A stretch of DNA of 64,000 bases from the NCBI GenBank assembly GCA_964291315.2, contig OZ219753.1, positions 384,001 through 448,000 of the forward strand, written 5' to 3'. Both the position numbers and the translations under genes were made by a program. Below the pieces are notes generated by a model that had not been told where the DNA came from, searched no databases, and saw only the letters and a list, made by a program, of their open reading frames with translations. The stretch comes from Candidatus Poribacteria bacterium (lineage in GTDB: Bacteria > Poribacteria > WGA-4E > WGA-3G). Below are positions 1 through 9,736 of the stretch, in pieces; the stretch's first letter is position 1; each line of letters starts with the position of its first letter.

Positions 1-1002
1 CAGAATTCGCCTCTCAGTGAGGCCTGTCGCGGGGTTGTTACGACGCTCGATGCATTAGGTTTGGATGTCGATTCGCGCAACCTACAAGACTATCGTGCCT
101 ACTTTGCTGATACGTCTGTTGAGGTATTCATTGATACCGTCTTTGAACACGCCAAAGTCTCCAAAGTTGTGATGACAAACGATCCGTTTGATTCTGCAGA
201 GGCCCTCGTCTGGCAGTCAGGCGACACGGGCGATGTGCGCTTTGAGGCAGCACTCCGGATGGATGTGCTTATCAATACCTACCAAGAAACCGCTTATGAA
301 CACCTCCGCGCTTTGGGGTATAATGTTGATTCGAAGCTCTCATTTGAGAAGAGTTATAGAGAAGTCCGCCGATTTTTAGAGACGTGGATTCAACGGATGA
401 ACCCAAAATACATGGCTGTTTCCCTGCCGCCAGATTTCCGATACCCGCACGATGGGCTCCTAGGGAGGCTGTTTGATAACTGTATACTGCCCGTTTCTCG
501 CGAATTTAATGTCCCGTTTGCGCTGATGATTGGCGTGAAACGTGCGGTTAATCCAGAACTCCAGATGGCCGGGGATGGGAGTGCTAAGGCAGATTTGGCG
601 AATTTAGAAAACCTCCTTCGTGAAAATCCTAACAATAAGTTTCTCGTTACGCTCTTATCGCGTGAAAACCAACATGAGTTGTGTGTGATCGGACGGAAGT
701 TCAAAAATCTAATGATATTCGGGTGCTGGTGGTTTATGAATAATCCGAGTCTCATTGAGGAAATCACTCGAGAACGGATTGAGTTGCTCGGTTTGAGCGT
801 CATTCCACAGCACTCGGATGCCAGAATTTTGGATCAGCTCGTGTATAAATGGAAACACTCGCGTCAGATTATCGCTGATGTTTTGGTAGAAAAATATCAA
901 ACTCTTCTTGATGTTGGATGGACGCTTTCTGCGTCAGAGATTACGCGAGATGTTAACAATTTGTTTAGTGGTAACTTCGATCGGTTTTTGAACGGCAGCT
1001 GA
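1..1002 (+). CDS. uxaC: Glucuronate (uronate) isomerase, BH0493-like; 5'-partial
   Basis: Frame open from base 1 (QNSPLSEACRGVVT...); motifs MTNDPFD, GCWWFMNNPS, PQHSDAR, YKWKHSR. Confidence 0.85.
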   Translation, partial: QNSPLSEACRGVVTTLDALGLDVDSRNLQDYRAYFADTSVEVFIDTVFEHAKVSKVVMTNDPFDSAEALVWQSGDTGDVRFEAALRMDVLINTYQETAYEHLRALGYNVDSKLSFEKSYREVRRFLETWIQRMNPKYMAVSLPPDFRYPHDGLLGRLFDNCILPVSREFNVPFALMIGVKRAVNPELQMAGDGSAKADLANLENLLRENPNNKFLVTLLSRENQHELCVIGRKFKNLMIFGCWWFMNNPSLIEEITRERIELLGLSVIPQHSDARILDQLVYKWKHSRQIIADVLVEKYQTLLDVGWTLSASEITRDVNNLFSGNFDRFLNGS

Positions 1003-1016
1003 GCCCACCTCGAGAG

Positions 1017-1301
1017 TCAACAATTGCACGGGGTTGCACAGCACTTCGGGCACCCCGCTGCATAGATTTGTGCAGCATTCTCTAAGTCGATATCGAGCAA
1101 GCTTGCTAGCGTGACAAGCCATGCAAAAACATCAGCGAATTCCGCCCGCAACCGCTCTATGTCTTGTGGTTGTTTCCGAATCTCTTTTGCAAGTTCTCCG
1201 ACCTCTTCGACGAACCATGTGAAGGTTAACGGCACCCCGCGCAAAGCGTCTCGAGCGTAATAGATGGCTTCAATCTGTTTTTGAAAGTCTTGAATTGTCA
1301 T
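1017..1301 (-). CDS. MazG-like nucleotide pyrophosphohydrolase
   Basis: EEVGELAKE...EFADV motif; Cys-rich C-terminus. Confidence 0.85.
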   Translation of the reverse strand: MTIQDFQKQIEAIYYARDALRGVPLTFTWFVEEVGELAKEIRKQPQDIERLRAEFADVFAWLVTLASLLDIDLENAAQIYAAGCPKCCATPCNC

Positions 1302-1383
1302 ACGATCCTCTTTTAAATATAATAGTGCTGAAACGGAATTGTGCTAGTAACAAATTTAGGGTGATGGAGAGGAATTAGATTCG

Positions 1384-2205
1384 ATGATAGGTATCTCTTA
1401 CCACGCTGGTGGCATGAAAGATCTGTCGCTGCGCGAAATTATCACGCTTCTCGCCGCTGCTGGCTACGATGCGATCGAGATGATGTGCGGTCCAGAAGCC
1501 CACATCCGCTCTAGCAAAGTTACAGATAGTTTGCTCAAAGAAATTAAAGCGATAACAAGCGATCATGGGTTGGCGGTCTCTGCCATCAACCCGTTTGCAG
1601 GCCCCGGGCTGTATCAATTAGCCCTAGGAGACCAACAGGGAGCGATTGATCACTACGCTCTTCTCCAAGATGTAGCAGTTGCCCTTGGCGCGCAGGGTGT
1701 CAATTTTCTCACTGGCTATGGGGGTGAGAAAGGGGACGCGTTCGCATGGCGGCTCCTCGTCAACGTGCTTAAGCCGATCTGCCGGCGCGCTGAAGAACTC
1801 GGTTTGACGATGAACATCCACAATCACGAAGCGACAACGATAGACACGTCCTCTAAAGTTGTTCTTCTTATAGAGCATGTTGGTTCTGATGCCCTCAAGG
1901 CGCTTAACGACATCGCTAACTTTTATCATCTCGGTGAGGATATTGCTGAAGTTACTGAAAAATTAGGAGCACTTACCGTTCACTGCCACGTCAAGGGCGT
2001 GATCGGAATGTACCCGTATAGTACTTTCCTGATCCCGGGGGAGGAGGACGATGAGCTAGATTTCCGAACTTTTGCAGAAAATTTAGGGAAAGCCGGTTAC
2101 GATAAATATATTTCAGTAGAAACCTTTCCTCACATGCGGATGCAAAAAGCGGAAATTGCTTATAACATGATGGCGAGTACCTTGAGTGAATTAGGCTTGC
2201 GATAA
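1384..2205 (+). CDS. Sugar phosphate isomerase/epimerase (xylose isomerase-like TIM barrel)
   Basis: GYDAIE, HNHE, DIANF, HCHVKG, GYDKYISVE motifs. Confidence 0.8.
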   Translation: MIGISYHAGGMKDLSLREIITLLAAAGYDAIEMMCGPEAHIRSSKVTDSLLKEIKAITSDHGLAVSAINPFAGPGLYQLALGDQQGAIDHYALLQDVAVALGAQGVNFLTGYGGEKGDAFAWRLLVNVLKPICRRAEELGLTMNIHNHEATTIDTSSKVVLLIEHVGSDALKALNDIANFYHLGEDIAEVTEKLGALTVHCHVKGVIGMYPYSTFLIPGEEDDELDFRTFAENLGKAGYDKYISVETFPHMRMQKAEIAYNMMASTLSELGLR

Positions 2206-2246
2206 AGGCAATAGGCTCGGTTACAATCCGCGCAGACAAATCACAA

Positions 2247-3041
2247 CTAATAATTATCTTCTAATGCCTTGATACCGGGCCAGTCCCGCCACATGTCCGC
2301 GTTGGGTGGTTCTTCTTGTGTTTCTACCAATTCGGTTTTGCGGAAGTCGTAGAGGACAGCTTGGCGGATCTGCTTTGAATAATTGTGTCCTGCTGCGTGT
2401 CCGAGGCGATGATGCCAGAAAACAACATCACCTGCCTTCCCATAACATTCAACGCCGGGTGTTCTACTGATCCGTTCTCGATCAATCTCATATTGTGGGG
2501 TGGGTTCGTTCTTATATTGGCATAGGTAATCGTAATAGAAAATCCTGTGGCTTCCTGGCCAGACTGTAAACCCTCCGCCCTCCGGCGGCACATCATCAAT
2601 ATAACCTACGGCACCGAGATGAAACGGATGAGCGTCAACGTGGCATCCAATTGCTTTCTTCGGAATATCCCCATAAGGGAGCGTGCAATAGATACCACGC
2701 ACCCGCTCAGGCTGCATGAGATTTCCTTCACCTAAGAGCTGCTCTGCCATGCGCCAGACATTAGGATCGGTGGCTAGGAGTTTAACCATCCAATCTTCGC
2801 CGCCGGGCTCACGAAAATTCCATCGGAATCCGCGTCTCTGATTATTTTTGTCTGCGTTTTCTTCTTCGGGTGTGAAGGGGCCGATCCAGGTCCCGGGATC
2901 CTCACGTTTGCGTTCTTCAGGTGCTCCATCCCACAACCTTGTTCGTGCACGCTTCATTAATTCAGCGTCGAGGACGTTCGGTTTTATCAAATAGCCTTCA
3001 TCTCTGAAAAATTCTATGTTTTCCCGTGTAAGTTCAACCAT
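2247..3041 (-). CDS. Phytanoyl-CoA dioxygenase (PhyH) family protein
   Basis: FFRDEGYL, HVD, VWPGSH, GDVVFWH..GH; start chosen at ATG 3041 after AAGGAG RBS. Confidence 0.85.
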   Translation of the reverse strand: MVELTRENIEFFRDEGYLIKPNVLDAELMKRARTRLWDGAPEERKREDPGTWIGPFTPEEENADKNNQRRGFRWNFREPGGEDWMVKLLATDPNVWRMAEQLLGEGNLMQPERVRGIYCTLPYGDIPKKAIGCHVDAHPFHLGAVGYIDDVPPEGGGFTVWPGSHRIFYYDYLCQYKNEPTPQYEIDRERISRTPGVECYGKAGDVVFWHHRLGHAAGHNYSKQIRQAVLYDFRKTELVETQEEPPNADMWRDWPGIKALEDNY

Positions 3042-3310
3042 TGGCGTGTCTCCTTTTGAAGTCGCAGCAGAGGCGCTGCCCAAAAATTGTGATGCTATAC
3101 GGAATCTGCGTAAAGAATGGCTGAAAGGTATTTCTCTAAGCAAATTTAAAGAATTCTAATGGTGTTTAACGATTTTTTCAAGAAAAAGTAATAAATTTTT
3201 AGGATTCGGCAGTGGCTTGTCTGAATCGGGGTTTTAGGAGCGGTAGAATTCTTGAAGCACATAATGTGCTCGATTTGACAATACTATATGTTTCGGCTAT
3301 AATTGGGCGC

Positions 3311-5539
3311 ATGTTTAGATTCGTGATTGTGCTCTTGGTCTCTATTTCATATCCTATCCTCCTCTTTGCGCATCCAGAGGGTGTGGGAGAGCATACTGTA
3401 GATGCCTACCGAATTGAAGGTGAACCGCCAATTATTGACGGGCTGCTAAACGATGCAGTTTGGTATCAGGCACAGCCGTGTAGCGATTTCATTCAGCTTG
3501 AACCGACACGCGGTTTTCCCGCAACCGATGACACAGAATTCCGTATTGCTTATGATGTCCATAATATCTACGTTGCATTTCGGTGTTACGATACCGAACC
3601 GGATAAAATTGTCAACCGGATGACGCGGCGCGGCGATATTTATGCTTCAGATGTTATCTCTTTTTTTATTGACCCGCATCACGATCACCGTACGGGGTAT
3701 AAATTCGCGACAACTCCCGGGGGCGTACAGAGTGACAACTACCGGTACGAGGATACACAGCGCGATGCCAATTGGAAGGGTATCTGGTGGGTTGAAAGCC
3801 ATATTGACGGATCAGGATGGAGTGCAGAGTTTAAAATACCGTTCTCTAACTTTCGATTCACCAACAAACCGACACAAGTCTGGGGGTTTGATGTGGAGCG
3901 CGTCAATCGTAGGAAGAGTGAAGTGACAGTATGGAAGCAGTTGACACAAGCTGGGGTGGTTACACGGATGTCGGATTTGGGGCATATTTTAGGCATTCAC
4001 GGCATTGAGACAGGGAAAAATTTTGAGATCACACCGTATCTCTTAGGCGGGACGACGGATAGTGCTAATACAGACGTGGCGGGGCAACTCGGCACCGGTC
4101 TTGATGTTCAATACAGTCTCACTAGTGCGTTGAAGGCGAATGTCACGATCAACCCGGATTTCGCACAAGTTGAGGCGGATCAGTTGGAAATCAACCTAAC
4201 TCGGTTTCCAACCCGTTTCCCGGAAAAACGTCCGTTTTTCGTTGAAGGTAACAGTTTTTTTCAAACATCATACGATCTTATGTTCAGCCGCCGTATTGGG
4301 AGTCGTGCGAATATTCTTTGGGGCGGTAAACTTACAGGGAAAGTAGAGGACTACTCCATCGGCATTTTGGGGAGTCAAACTGGCGGATTCGGTTTTTCTG
4401 ACACTGATTCATCTCAAAAAGAGGCTGCATGGTTTTCTGCGCTCCGTGTTAAACGCGATATCCTCAAACGCTCAAATGTCGGAATTCTGTTTGTTAATAA
4501 AGAAAAACGGGGTAGTGACAGGTGGCATAGTCGAGTCGGAGGTGTCGATATGAATCTCGCCCTGGGCAAAACTTATCATCTCACCGGACAGTATGCAGGT
4601 AGTTTTCATCCTGGGGAGGACAGTGACAACTCTGCGTATACGGTTGATTTCGCGCAACGCAACTATCTCTGGAGCAGCAGCATTGGTTTGGAACGGGTTG
4701 CACCGCACTTTGAGATTAATGAAACCGGGTATCTACGCAAAGAACGAAATCGTGGATGGCAGCGTGCGTATATCCGCACTTCCTATTCTCCGTTGTGGGG
4801 AGGCCGTCAGTTTTCATCAGGTCTCAATCTTCGTCTTTCACAAGGCCTCTATACCGCAGAATACTTTGATGAGTGGAGATCGCGGAACCCAGGGTTGGCT
4901 GTATCGCCTGCATTTGATGAAGATTTGCTTAGATGGCATGTAAGTGCAAATGTTGGGATGGATTTCAGAGAGACCCTCATAGATGATATTACGGTCTACT
5001 ATTCCCGGAGCCGAGAGGTCGAATTAACAGAAATATTCGTAGCAGATGGATATGGATTTTCAATCGATACCAACTCCACACATCCGATAGCTATCGGCAT
5101 CAGTACGGATTTTTCAGACTACTTTAACTTCGGACGGCAGCGTGCGGGTAAACAGCGAAACCTCACTATTGAATCGACTTTACGCCCACAGAGCAATCTT
5201 TCGATAGAATTAGCGGGGGGTTATGCCCAAAGCTTCGATTTGACAGGGGGCATTGACGGCAGATTTTTCGTCGGCTCTATGCGTACGACCTACTTATTCA
5301 CCCGAGAATCGTTTCTTCGGATGTTCGCCCAAGTAAATAGGCAACGGGAACTTCCTGAGGAAATCCATCAAAGTTACCTGCTAAGTTTTCTGTTCGGATG
5401 GGAATATGACCCCAAAAGCTATCTATTTGTTGCTTACAACGAAGCTTGGGGAGTGCCCCCGACGACGATTGGCGGGAGCGCATTGCAGTTAGAAAATCGA
5501 GTCATCGTGGTCAAAGTAACATATCTTTATCATTTGTAG
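3311..5539 (+). CDS. CBM9-like/DUF5916 secreted or outer-membrane protein
   Basis: Signal peptide; PIIDGLLNDAVW, WSAEFKIPF, NPDFAQVEAD, FPEKRPFF.EG; beta-rich C-terminus. Confidence 0.75.
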   Translation: MFRFVIVLLVSISYPILLFAHPEGVGEHTVDAYRIEGEPPIIDGLLNDAVWYQAQPCSDFIQLEPTRGFPATDDTEFRIAYDVHNIYVAFRCYDTEPDKIVNRMTRRGDIYASDVISFFIDPHHDHRTGYKFATTPGGVQSDNYRYEDTQRDANWKGIWWVESHIDGSGWSAEFKIPFSNFRFTNKPTQVWGFDVERVNRRKSEVTVWKQLTQAGVVTRMSDLGHILGIHGIETGKNFEITPYLLGGTTDSANTDVAGQLGTGLDVQYSLTSALKANVTINPDFAQVEADQLEINLTRFPTRFPEKRPFFVEGNSFFQTSYDLMFSRRIGSRANILWGGKLTGKVEDYSIGILGSQTGGFGFSDTDSSQKEAAWFSALRVKRDILKRSNVGILFVNKEKRGSDRWHSRVGGVDMNLALGKTYHLTGQYAGSFHPGEDSDNSAYTVDFAQRNYLWSSSIGLERVAPHFEINETGYLRKERNRGWQRAYIRTSYSPLWGGRQFSSGLNLRLSQGLYTAEYFDEWRSRNPGLAVSPAFDEDLLRWHVSANVGMDFRETLIDDITVYYSRSREVELTEIFVADGYGFSIDTNSTHPIAIGISTDFSDYFNFGRQRAGKQRNLTIESTLRPQSNLSIELAGGYAQSFDLTGGIDGRFFVGSMRTTYLFTRESFLRMFAQVNRQRELPEEIHQSYLLSFLFGWEYDPKSYLFVAYNEAWGVPPTTIGGSALQLENRVIVVKVTYLYHL

Positions 5540-5762
5540 TTTTCGGGTAGCAGTTGGGTATAGATATTCCAAGCGTGTGAGGCCTGTCTGAAATGGGATT
5601 TAAGGATTTGTGAGAGTGCGGATTTACGAGATTTGCGCGGAAACTTCACCGGGACGTTATGTTCCGTTTTGGTGTTCCTGAAGATGCTGGTACCAAAAGA
5701 CTTTACATGCGTTCGTTAAGTTAAAAATTGTAAAAAGAATCGAGGTGTGATATAATAGAGAT

Positions 5763-6131
5763 ATGAAAGATTTTTTACTGCTATTCTTCAACGTTTTGCT
5801 AACGGTGATCGGGCAGATCCTATTCAAACATGGCATGAATACGATAGGGCGTATCAGTAGTTTGAGGGACGCAGTTGGAAAGCTGATGCAAGCATTCCTG
5901 AATCCCCATATCCTCAGCGGGATTGCGATATACGGTTTTACGACTCTCGTTTGGCTTGTAATTTTGTCGCGCGTTAAACTGAGTATAGCGTATCCGATGT
6001 TAAGTTCCGGGTATGTATTGTCTATCCTCTTTTCAGGGGTGCTGTTTAAAGAATCTATTCCTAGGGTTCGCATCGTTGGTGCCCTTGTTATATGTATTGG
6101 CGTTTATCTTGTCGCACATGGGGAGTCTTAA
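5763..6131 (+). CDS. EamA/SMR-like 4-TM transporter (ArnE/F-like)
   Basis: GQILFKHG, LSIAYPM, LFKESI; 4 hydrophobic helices. Confidence 0.75.
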   Translation: MKDFLLLFFNVLLTVIGQILFKHGMNTIGRISSLRDAVGKLMQAFLNPHILSGIAIYGFTTLVWLVILSRVKLSIAYPMLSSGYVLSILFSGVLFKESIPRVRIVGALVICIGVYLVAHGES

Positions 6132-6134
6132 TGA

Positions 6135-6593
6135 ATGAGAGAATCGGTAAGCACTCGTGTTAAGCCCAACAATTCTAAGAGTAACCAAGACACCCCTATG
6201 AACTCCCGTTCTTATGTTGCAATGGTCTTGTCCGCAATTCTCCCGGGACTCGGTCAATTATACTTAGCGCAATTTGTGAAGGGCACGATTATTTTCCTCA
6301 TCTTTGCTACAGCCCTTGCAATTTTTTATCTTAATTCGTTGCCAGTGACGGAATGGCGTGATCTGATGCGTTTTAAGCCAGCGGAACAAGAGAACACCGA
6401 GGGAAATGACATAGGAACTGAAGAAACGCAGCGGCCCTATGAAATTCATATCTGGACGTTTGATGAGGGCGAGAAGTTAATGTATAGACCCTCTTGGAAA
6501 TTTAAAATTACTTCATCTATTCAAGCAGTGTTATGCTGGCTCTATGCAGTCGGCGATGGGTGGCGCGGGAGACGCAGGAACCGATACGCCTAA
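6135..6593 (+). CDS. Hypothetical membrane protein
   Basis: LSAILPGLGQLY motif plus TM segments. Confidence 0.6.
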   Translation: MRESVSTRVKPNNSKSNQDTPMNSRSYVAMVLSAILPGLGQLYLAQFVKGTIIFLIFATALAIFYLNSLPVTEWRDLMRFKPAEQENTEGNDIGTEETQRPYEIHIWTFDEGEKLMYRPSWKFKITSSIQAVLCWLYAVGDGWRGRRRNRYA

Positions 6594-7993
6594 TTTTCAA
6601 GCAACCGACATGTTTTAACGCACATGATATGTTTATGGTAAAAGGTGGCACAAAATACAACTATGCCTTATCAGTCCAATGTAGTTTTCTCTTGGTACTT
6701 TTCCTAATTGGATGTCAAGGCAACTCGGCGGTTCTCAAAGAGAACAGAGACCTCCTAAGTGCTGGCATGTTTCAAGAGGCAGCCAACGGATTAGAGGCCT
6801 TTATTGAGACTGATCCTGAAGATGCTGAAGCACGGATCCTGCTCGCGAGAGCCTACAACAGATTAGGGCGTTACAATGACGCGGTTGTGCAACTGCGAAA
6901 GGCTTCGCAGCTCCAGGCCACGCAACCCGAGGAACGCCTCGCAACTCGCTTTGAGCTGGCACGGACCTACCTTAAATTCGGGGATAGAGACTCCGCATTC
7001 CGAGTCCTTCGACTTATTCAACACGGGAACTCTGATCCGGTTGTGCTGCGCAAAATTACCGAACTTGTCGGGGATAGCTACAAAAGTAGACAACTGACAC
7101 ACGGAGATTCAGACAACTACTCGCCGACTTTCTCACCCAACGGCACGGAAATTGCGTTCGCATCGTTCCGGCTAGACAACGGAGAAATCTATTTGATGGA
7201 CCTAGATGGACGTATACGTCGGCGCGTAACATTCACGACAGATTTCAATGACAGCTCGCCCGCCTTTCTTACAACTCCGAACTACATATTCTATAGCAGT
7301 GAACCGAAGTCCTCACGCGAAGTTAAAGTTGTCATCCAGAGCAGCGGTTCAACGCCGATTTATGCAGGCTTCAACCTGACACAAATCCACAGCAAAGTTA
7401 CACGTCCGGTCTTACCCGTAAGTTTCGGGGCCCGGGTGCCGCGTGCATCGCCTGTGGAAAATCAAATTATTTACGAATCCAACGCTGATGGCAATCTGGA
7501 ATTATATCGTCTCAATTTAGAAGGGATTGACCTTTCAGAAATCACGGACGCTGACGTTGAACCCGAACGGATCACCTACAACGAGATAGATGATGGGAGT
7601 CCTGCATTCTTTCCTGACGGGAAACGGATCGTGTTCGTCTCCTCCCGGAATGAGGTGAATCAACTCTATACCATGGATATTAATGGAGAGAACGAAAAGC
7701 ATTTCAACCCAAGCCGCTATGATTGTTATAATCCAACCGTTTCCCCGGACGGTAAAACGATGGCGTATGTCTCCGCGCGGGATGGGGACATGGAAATTTA
7801 TCTTATTGACACCGATGGACAGAACGAACGACGAATAACGGGTGAAATCGGGGTATCTATTCAGCCAGCGTTCTCACCTGATGGCCGCCACCTCGTCTAT
7901 GTTTCTGACAGAAGTAATACCTTTCATATCTACCTGATGTCTCTTGATAAACCCATCACTCGTGAGGAATTAGCGAAACGTTTGTGGAAATAA
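6533..7993 (+). CDS. TPR + TolB-like (PD40) lipoprotein; true start probably downstream
   Basis: Lipobox LIGC, TPR helices, repeated PxFSPDG/EIY motifs. Confidence 0.8.
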   Translation: MLALCSRRWVARETQEPIRLIFKQPTCFNAHDMFMVKGGTKYNYALSVQCSFLLVLFLIGCQGNSAVLKENRDLLSAGMFQEAANGLEAFIETDPEDAEARILLARAYNRLGRYNDAVVQLRKASQLQATQPEERLATRFELARTYLKFGDRDSAFRVLRLIQHGNSDPVVLRKITELVGDSYKSRQLTHGDSDNYSPTFSPNGTEIAFASFRLDNGEIYLMDLDGRIRRRVTFTTDFNDSSPAFLTTPNYIFYSSEPKSSREVKVVIQSSGSTPIYAGFNLTQIHSKVTRPVLPVSFGARVPRASPVENQIIYESNADGNLELYRLNLEGIDLSEITDADVEPERITYNEIDDGSPAFFPDGKRIVFVSSRNEVNQLYTMDINGENEKHFNPSRYDCYNPTVSPDGKTMAYVSARDGDMEIYLIDTDGQNERRITGEIGVSIQPAFSPDGRHLVYVSDRSNTFHIYLMSLDKPITREELAKRLWK

Positions 7994-8190
7994 GTCACTA
8001 TTTCAGTTGGCTAGCAACGTTTAGCCGCCTGCGATCAGTAAATATCAGACGGTTGCGAACGTTTGTAAAGGCCACAAGGATCCTTGGACGATTACTGAGC
8101 AGGGGTGTCCGCCGGGTTTCTATAGGACACCGTGTATGGGGCGGGTCTGGTAGGCGACTGCGTGAAAGCAAGTTTCGGAGATAAGAAAAT

Positions 8191-9150
8191 ATGTTTAGGG
8201 TAATCAAACCAGAAGGTTTTGGTAACATCCAACTTGAAAAGATACCAATACCGGAGATAGACTCGCGCCAGATTCGCGTAAAGGCAGATACTACGCTAAT
8301 TAGCCGCGGCTCGGAGCTCTTCCGTCGGTATATTCGAGATGAACCCGTTTCCCCGTCAATCATGGGGTATTCACTGACAGGAACTGTGGATGCGATTGGG
8401 GCAGAAGTGTCTGGTTATACCTTTGGAGAACGTGTGATGGTTGTTGCACCGCACTCACAATACGTCATCGCTGAACCTGATGCAACCGACGGCCGCATTG
8501 TTCCGCTATTCGATGTCAGTTTTGAAGAGGGTACTTTCCTGCCGTTAGCGACCAGCGCTGTTGCCTGGGTAGACTCCTCCGGTGTGAAAGATGGAGACAC
8601 TGTAGTGGTTCTCGGTCAGGGCTTAGTCGGCAGTCTCATGATGCAAGTGTTTCGTGGGTACAACCCGGCGCAGGTTATTACTGTAGATGCCTTGCCGCTT
8701 CGATGTCAATTAGCAAAACAGCTCGGGGCTGATGTTGCAATAAATGCTAACGAGACAGACCCGGTTGAAGAAGTACTGCGTTTCACTGATAATAAGGGTG
8801 CAGACCTCGTAGTTGATTGCGTGGGCGGTTATGCGGGAATCAAATCGTTTGAACAGGCACAGGATATGATACATCGATTTGGCACGCTTCAACTTATTGC
8901 CCTCTATCAACAAGAACCTCTCCCGCTGCATGCCTCAAAGATAATGAGCAAACGTCTTGTTGCTGGTAACTTGGTGGATGAACTGCGCTCCCGGATCGCT
9001 GTACGCGCTTTGAAGAAAATAAAAGATGGCGAGATTCGTGCAGCTGAGATGATTACACACCGTTTTCATTATACCGAGGTGAAAGCGGCGTTCGATCTTC
9101 TGTGGAATTCCCCGGGGGATGCCCTTGGAGTCCTGATAAAATGGCAGTAG
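8191..9150 (+). CDS. MDR-family (zinc-binding ADH-like) oxidoreductase
   Basis: ISRGSE, GYS..G, GQGLVG Rossmann motif, MITHRF. Confidence 0.85.
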   Translation: MFRVIKPEGFGNIQLEKIPIPEIDSRQIRVKADTTLISRGSELFRRYIRDEPVSPSIMGYSLTGTVDAIGAEVSGYTFGERVMVVAPHSQYVIAEPDATDGRIVPLFDVSFEEGTFLPLATSAVAWVDSSGVKDGDTVVVLGQGLVGSLMMQVFRGYNPAQVITVDALPLRCQLAKQLGADVAINANETDPVEEVLRFTDNKGADLVVDCVGGYAGIKSFEQAQDMIHRFGTLQLIALYQQEPLPLHASKIMSKRLVAGNLVDELRSRIAVRALKKIKDGEIRAAEMITHRFHYTEVKAAFDLLWNSPGDALGVLIKWQ

Positions 9151-9725
9151 ATGCCACACCACGAGAAATTGAATTCCGAACGGTGTTACGAAGGAAACCG
9201 CTTACTTTCTCTGCAACGTGGGGACTGTTTTCGCCAAAAAAAATTGACACCGGAACAGAGCTACTAGTTCAACACTTGGACATTCAAGATGACGATACTT
9301 GTCTTGACCTCGGATGCGGATATGGTGCCATCGGTATCAGTATCGCTAAATGCATGCGAACAGCAACGGTTTACATGGTGGACAAAGATTTTGTGGCGCT
9401 CGACTACGCCCGCAAAAATGTGGAACAGAATCAACTCACGAATTGCCATGTCCTCATGAGCAACGGATTTAGCCGTCTGCCAGAGATCCAATTCGATTTA
9501 ATTGTTTCCAATCTTCCGGCCAACGTCGGCAAAGAACTCCTGCAGATTTTTATGGCAGATGCAAAGCAGCATCTTAAACCAAATGGTCGCCTCTACGTTG
9601 TGACCATTTCCGGGTTGCGAGAATTTATTAAGCGTAATTTTCTGACTGTTTTCGGGAACTATCAAAAGGTTAAACAGCGCCATACGCATACAGTAGCGAT
9701 GGCGACCCGCACAATAGGCAATTAA
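9141..9725 (+). CDS. Class I SAM methyltransferase, RsmC/MTS-like
   Basis: GLFS..KIDTGT, LDLGCGYG, IVSNLP. Confidence 0.85.
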   Translation: MAVDATPREIEFRTVLRRKPLTFSATWGLFSPKKIDTGTELLVQHLDIQDDDTCLDLGCGYGAIGISIAKCMRTATVYMVDKDFVALDYARKNVEQNQLTNCHVLMSNGFSRLPEIQFDLIVSNLPANVGKELLQIFMADAKQHLKPNGRLYVVTISGLREFIKRNFLTVFGNYQKVKQRHTHTVAMATRTIGN

Positions 9726-9736
9726 ACTGGAAAAGG